In this document: piece after piece, positions 63,641-64,000 of the stretch
Numbering within the stretch: the first letter of the stretch is position 1
Layout of the letters: the number at the start of each line of letters is the position of its first letter
Assembly: GCA_964016885.1 (NCBI GenBank)
Contig: OZ024743.1
Span: forward strand, 177,444,001-177,508,000
Reading direction: 5' to 3'
Origin: Eledone cirrhosa
Taxonomy: Eukaryota
Length of the DNA: 64,000 nt
Translations under genes and position numbers: made by a program
Notes under the pieces: model-generated
What the model was told of the DNA's origin: nothing
Seen by the model: only the letters and a program-made list of their open reading frames with translations
Databases searched by the model: none

Positions 63641-64000
63641 GTTTAGTGTTTAGAGAATTTTTTGTGGAAGCGAGATGACAGAGTGATCACTGGTGAGAGA
63701 CGTCATATAGTGTACAAGAGCAGGATGAGATTTTGTAAAGAAAGGGAACACTACAAACCAGCCACTGTTAAAATGAAGACTGACTCTAAAATGGGATGGG
63801 ATTTTTTTTTTTTGGGGGGGGGGGGTCTCATTGACCTGCACGGCATATACCACTTTCTCCTCTTTCCAGTAAGAGGCCAGAGCTTACTGTTATTTGGAAG
63901 ACAAATATCAAAATATGGTGGATTGGTTGAACTCTGAGAAATGGGCGGCATCATATTTCCCTGCAGTTGTAAGAATCAGAAGATTTGTCGGAACCAGAGT

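Noticed and set aside
63650-63960. Possible upstream kinase exon (KWYMP-like peptide in ORF 63751-63954)
   Set aside because: No LPVKWMPPE or SDVW context and no matching splice sites; the exon probably lies beyond the window.

Overview
Eukaryotic, AT-rich animal DNA; the SINE and LINE content suggests a cephalopod (octopus-like) genome, which is an inference. There are three zones. (1) 1-28456 is an uninterrupted 48-bp tandem satellite of about 590 monomers that runs off the left edge. It has kb-scale higher-order duplications, and all ORFs called there are artefacts of a 48-bp (16-codon) period. (2) 28457-55570 is a near wall-to-wall stack of decayed non-LTR retrotransposons. It holds four Tx1/L1-type APE-RT elements on the minus strand, R4/Dong-type RT-RLE elements on the plus strand, and tRNA-derived SINEs on the minus strand, with almost every junction being an (AAT)n tract. 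(3) 55749-64000 holds the last three coding exons of an ALK/LTK-like receptor tyrosine kinase (minus strand, long polyQ/low-complexity tail). Its introns contain more AAT-anchored Dong fragments, chains of SINEs and a CRE-like fragment. The most notable signal is an apparent (AAT)n-microsatellite-targeting retroelement community with a strict orientation rule. Within it, a SINE family shares its exact 3' tail with one Tx1 element (a candidate LINE-SINE partner pair), the Tx1 elements and SINEs share a CCTTGTG-N9/10-GAAA terminal motif, and four divergent Dong families keep a covarying 3'-UTR stem-loop. All coordinates were read by eye; no searches or alignments were run.
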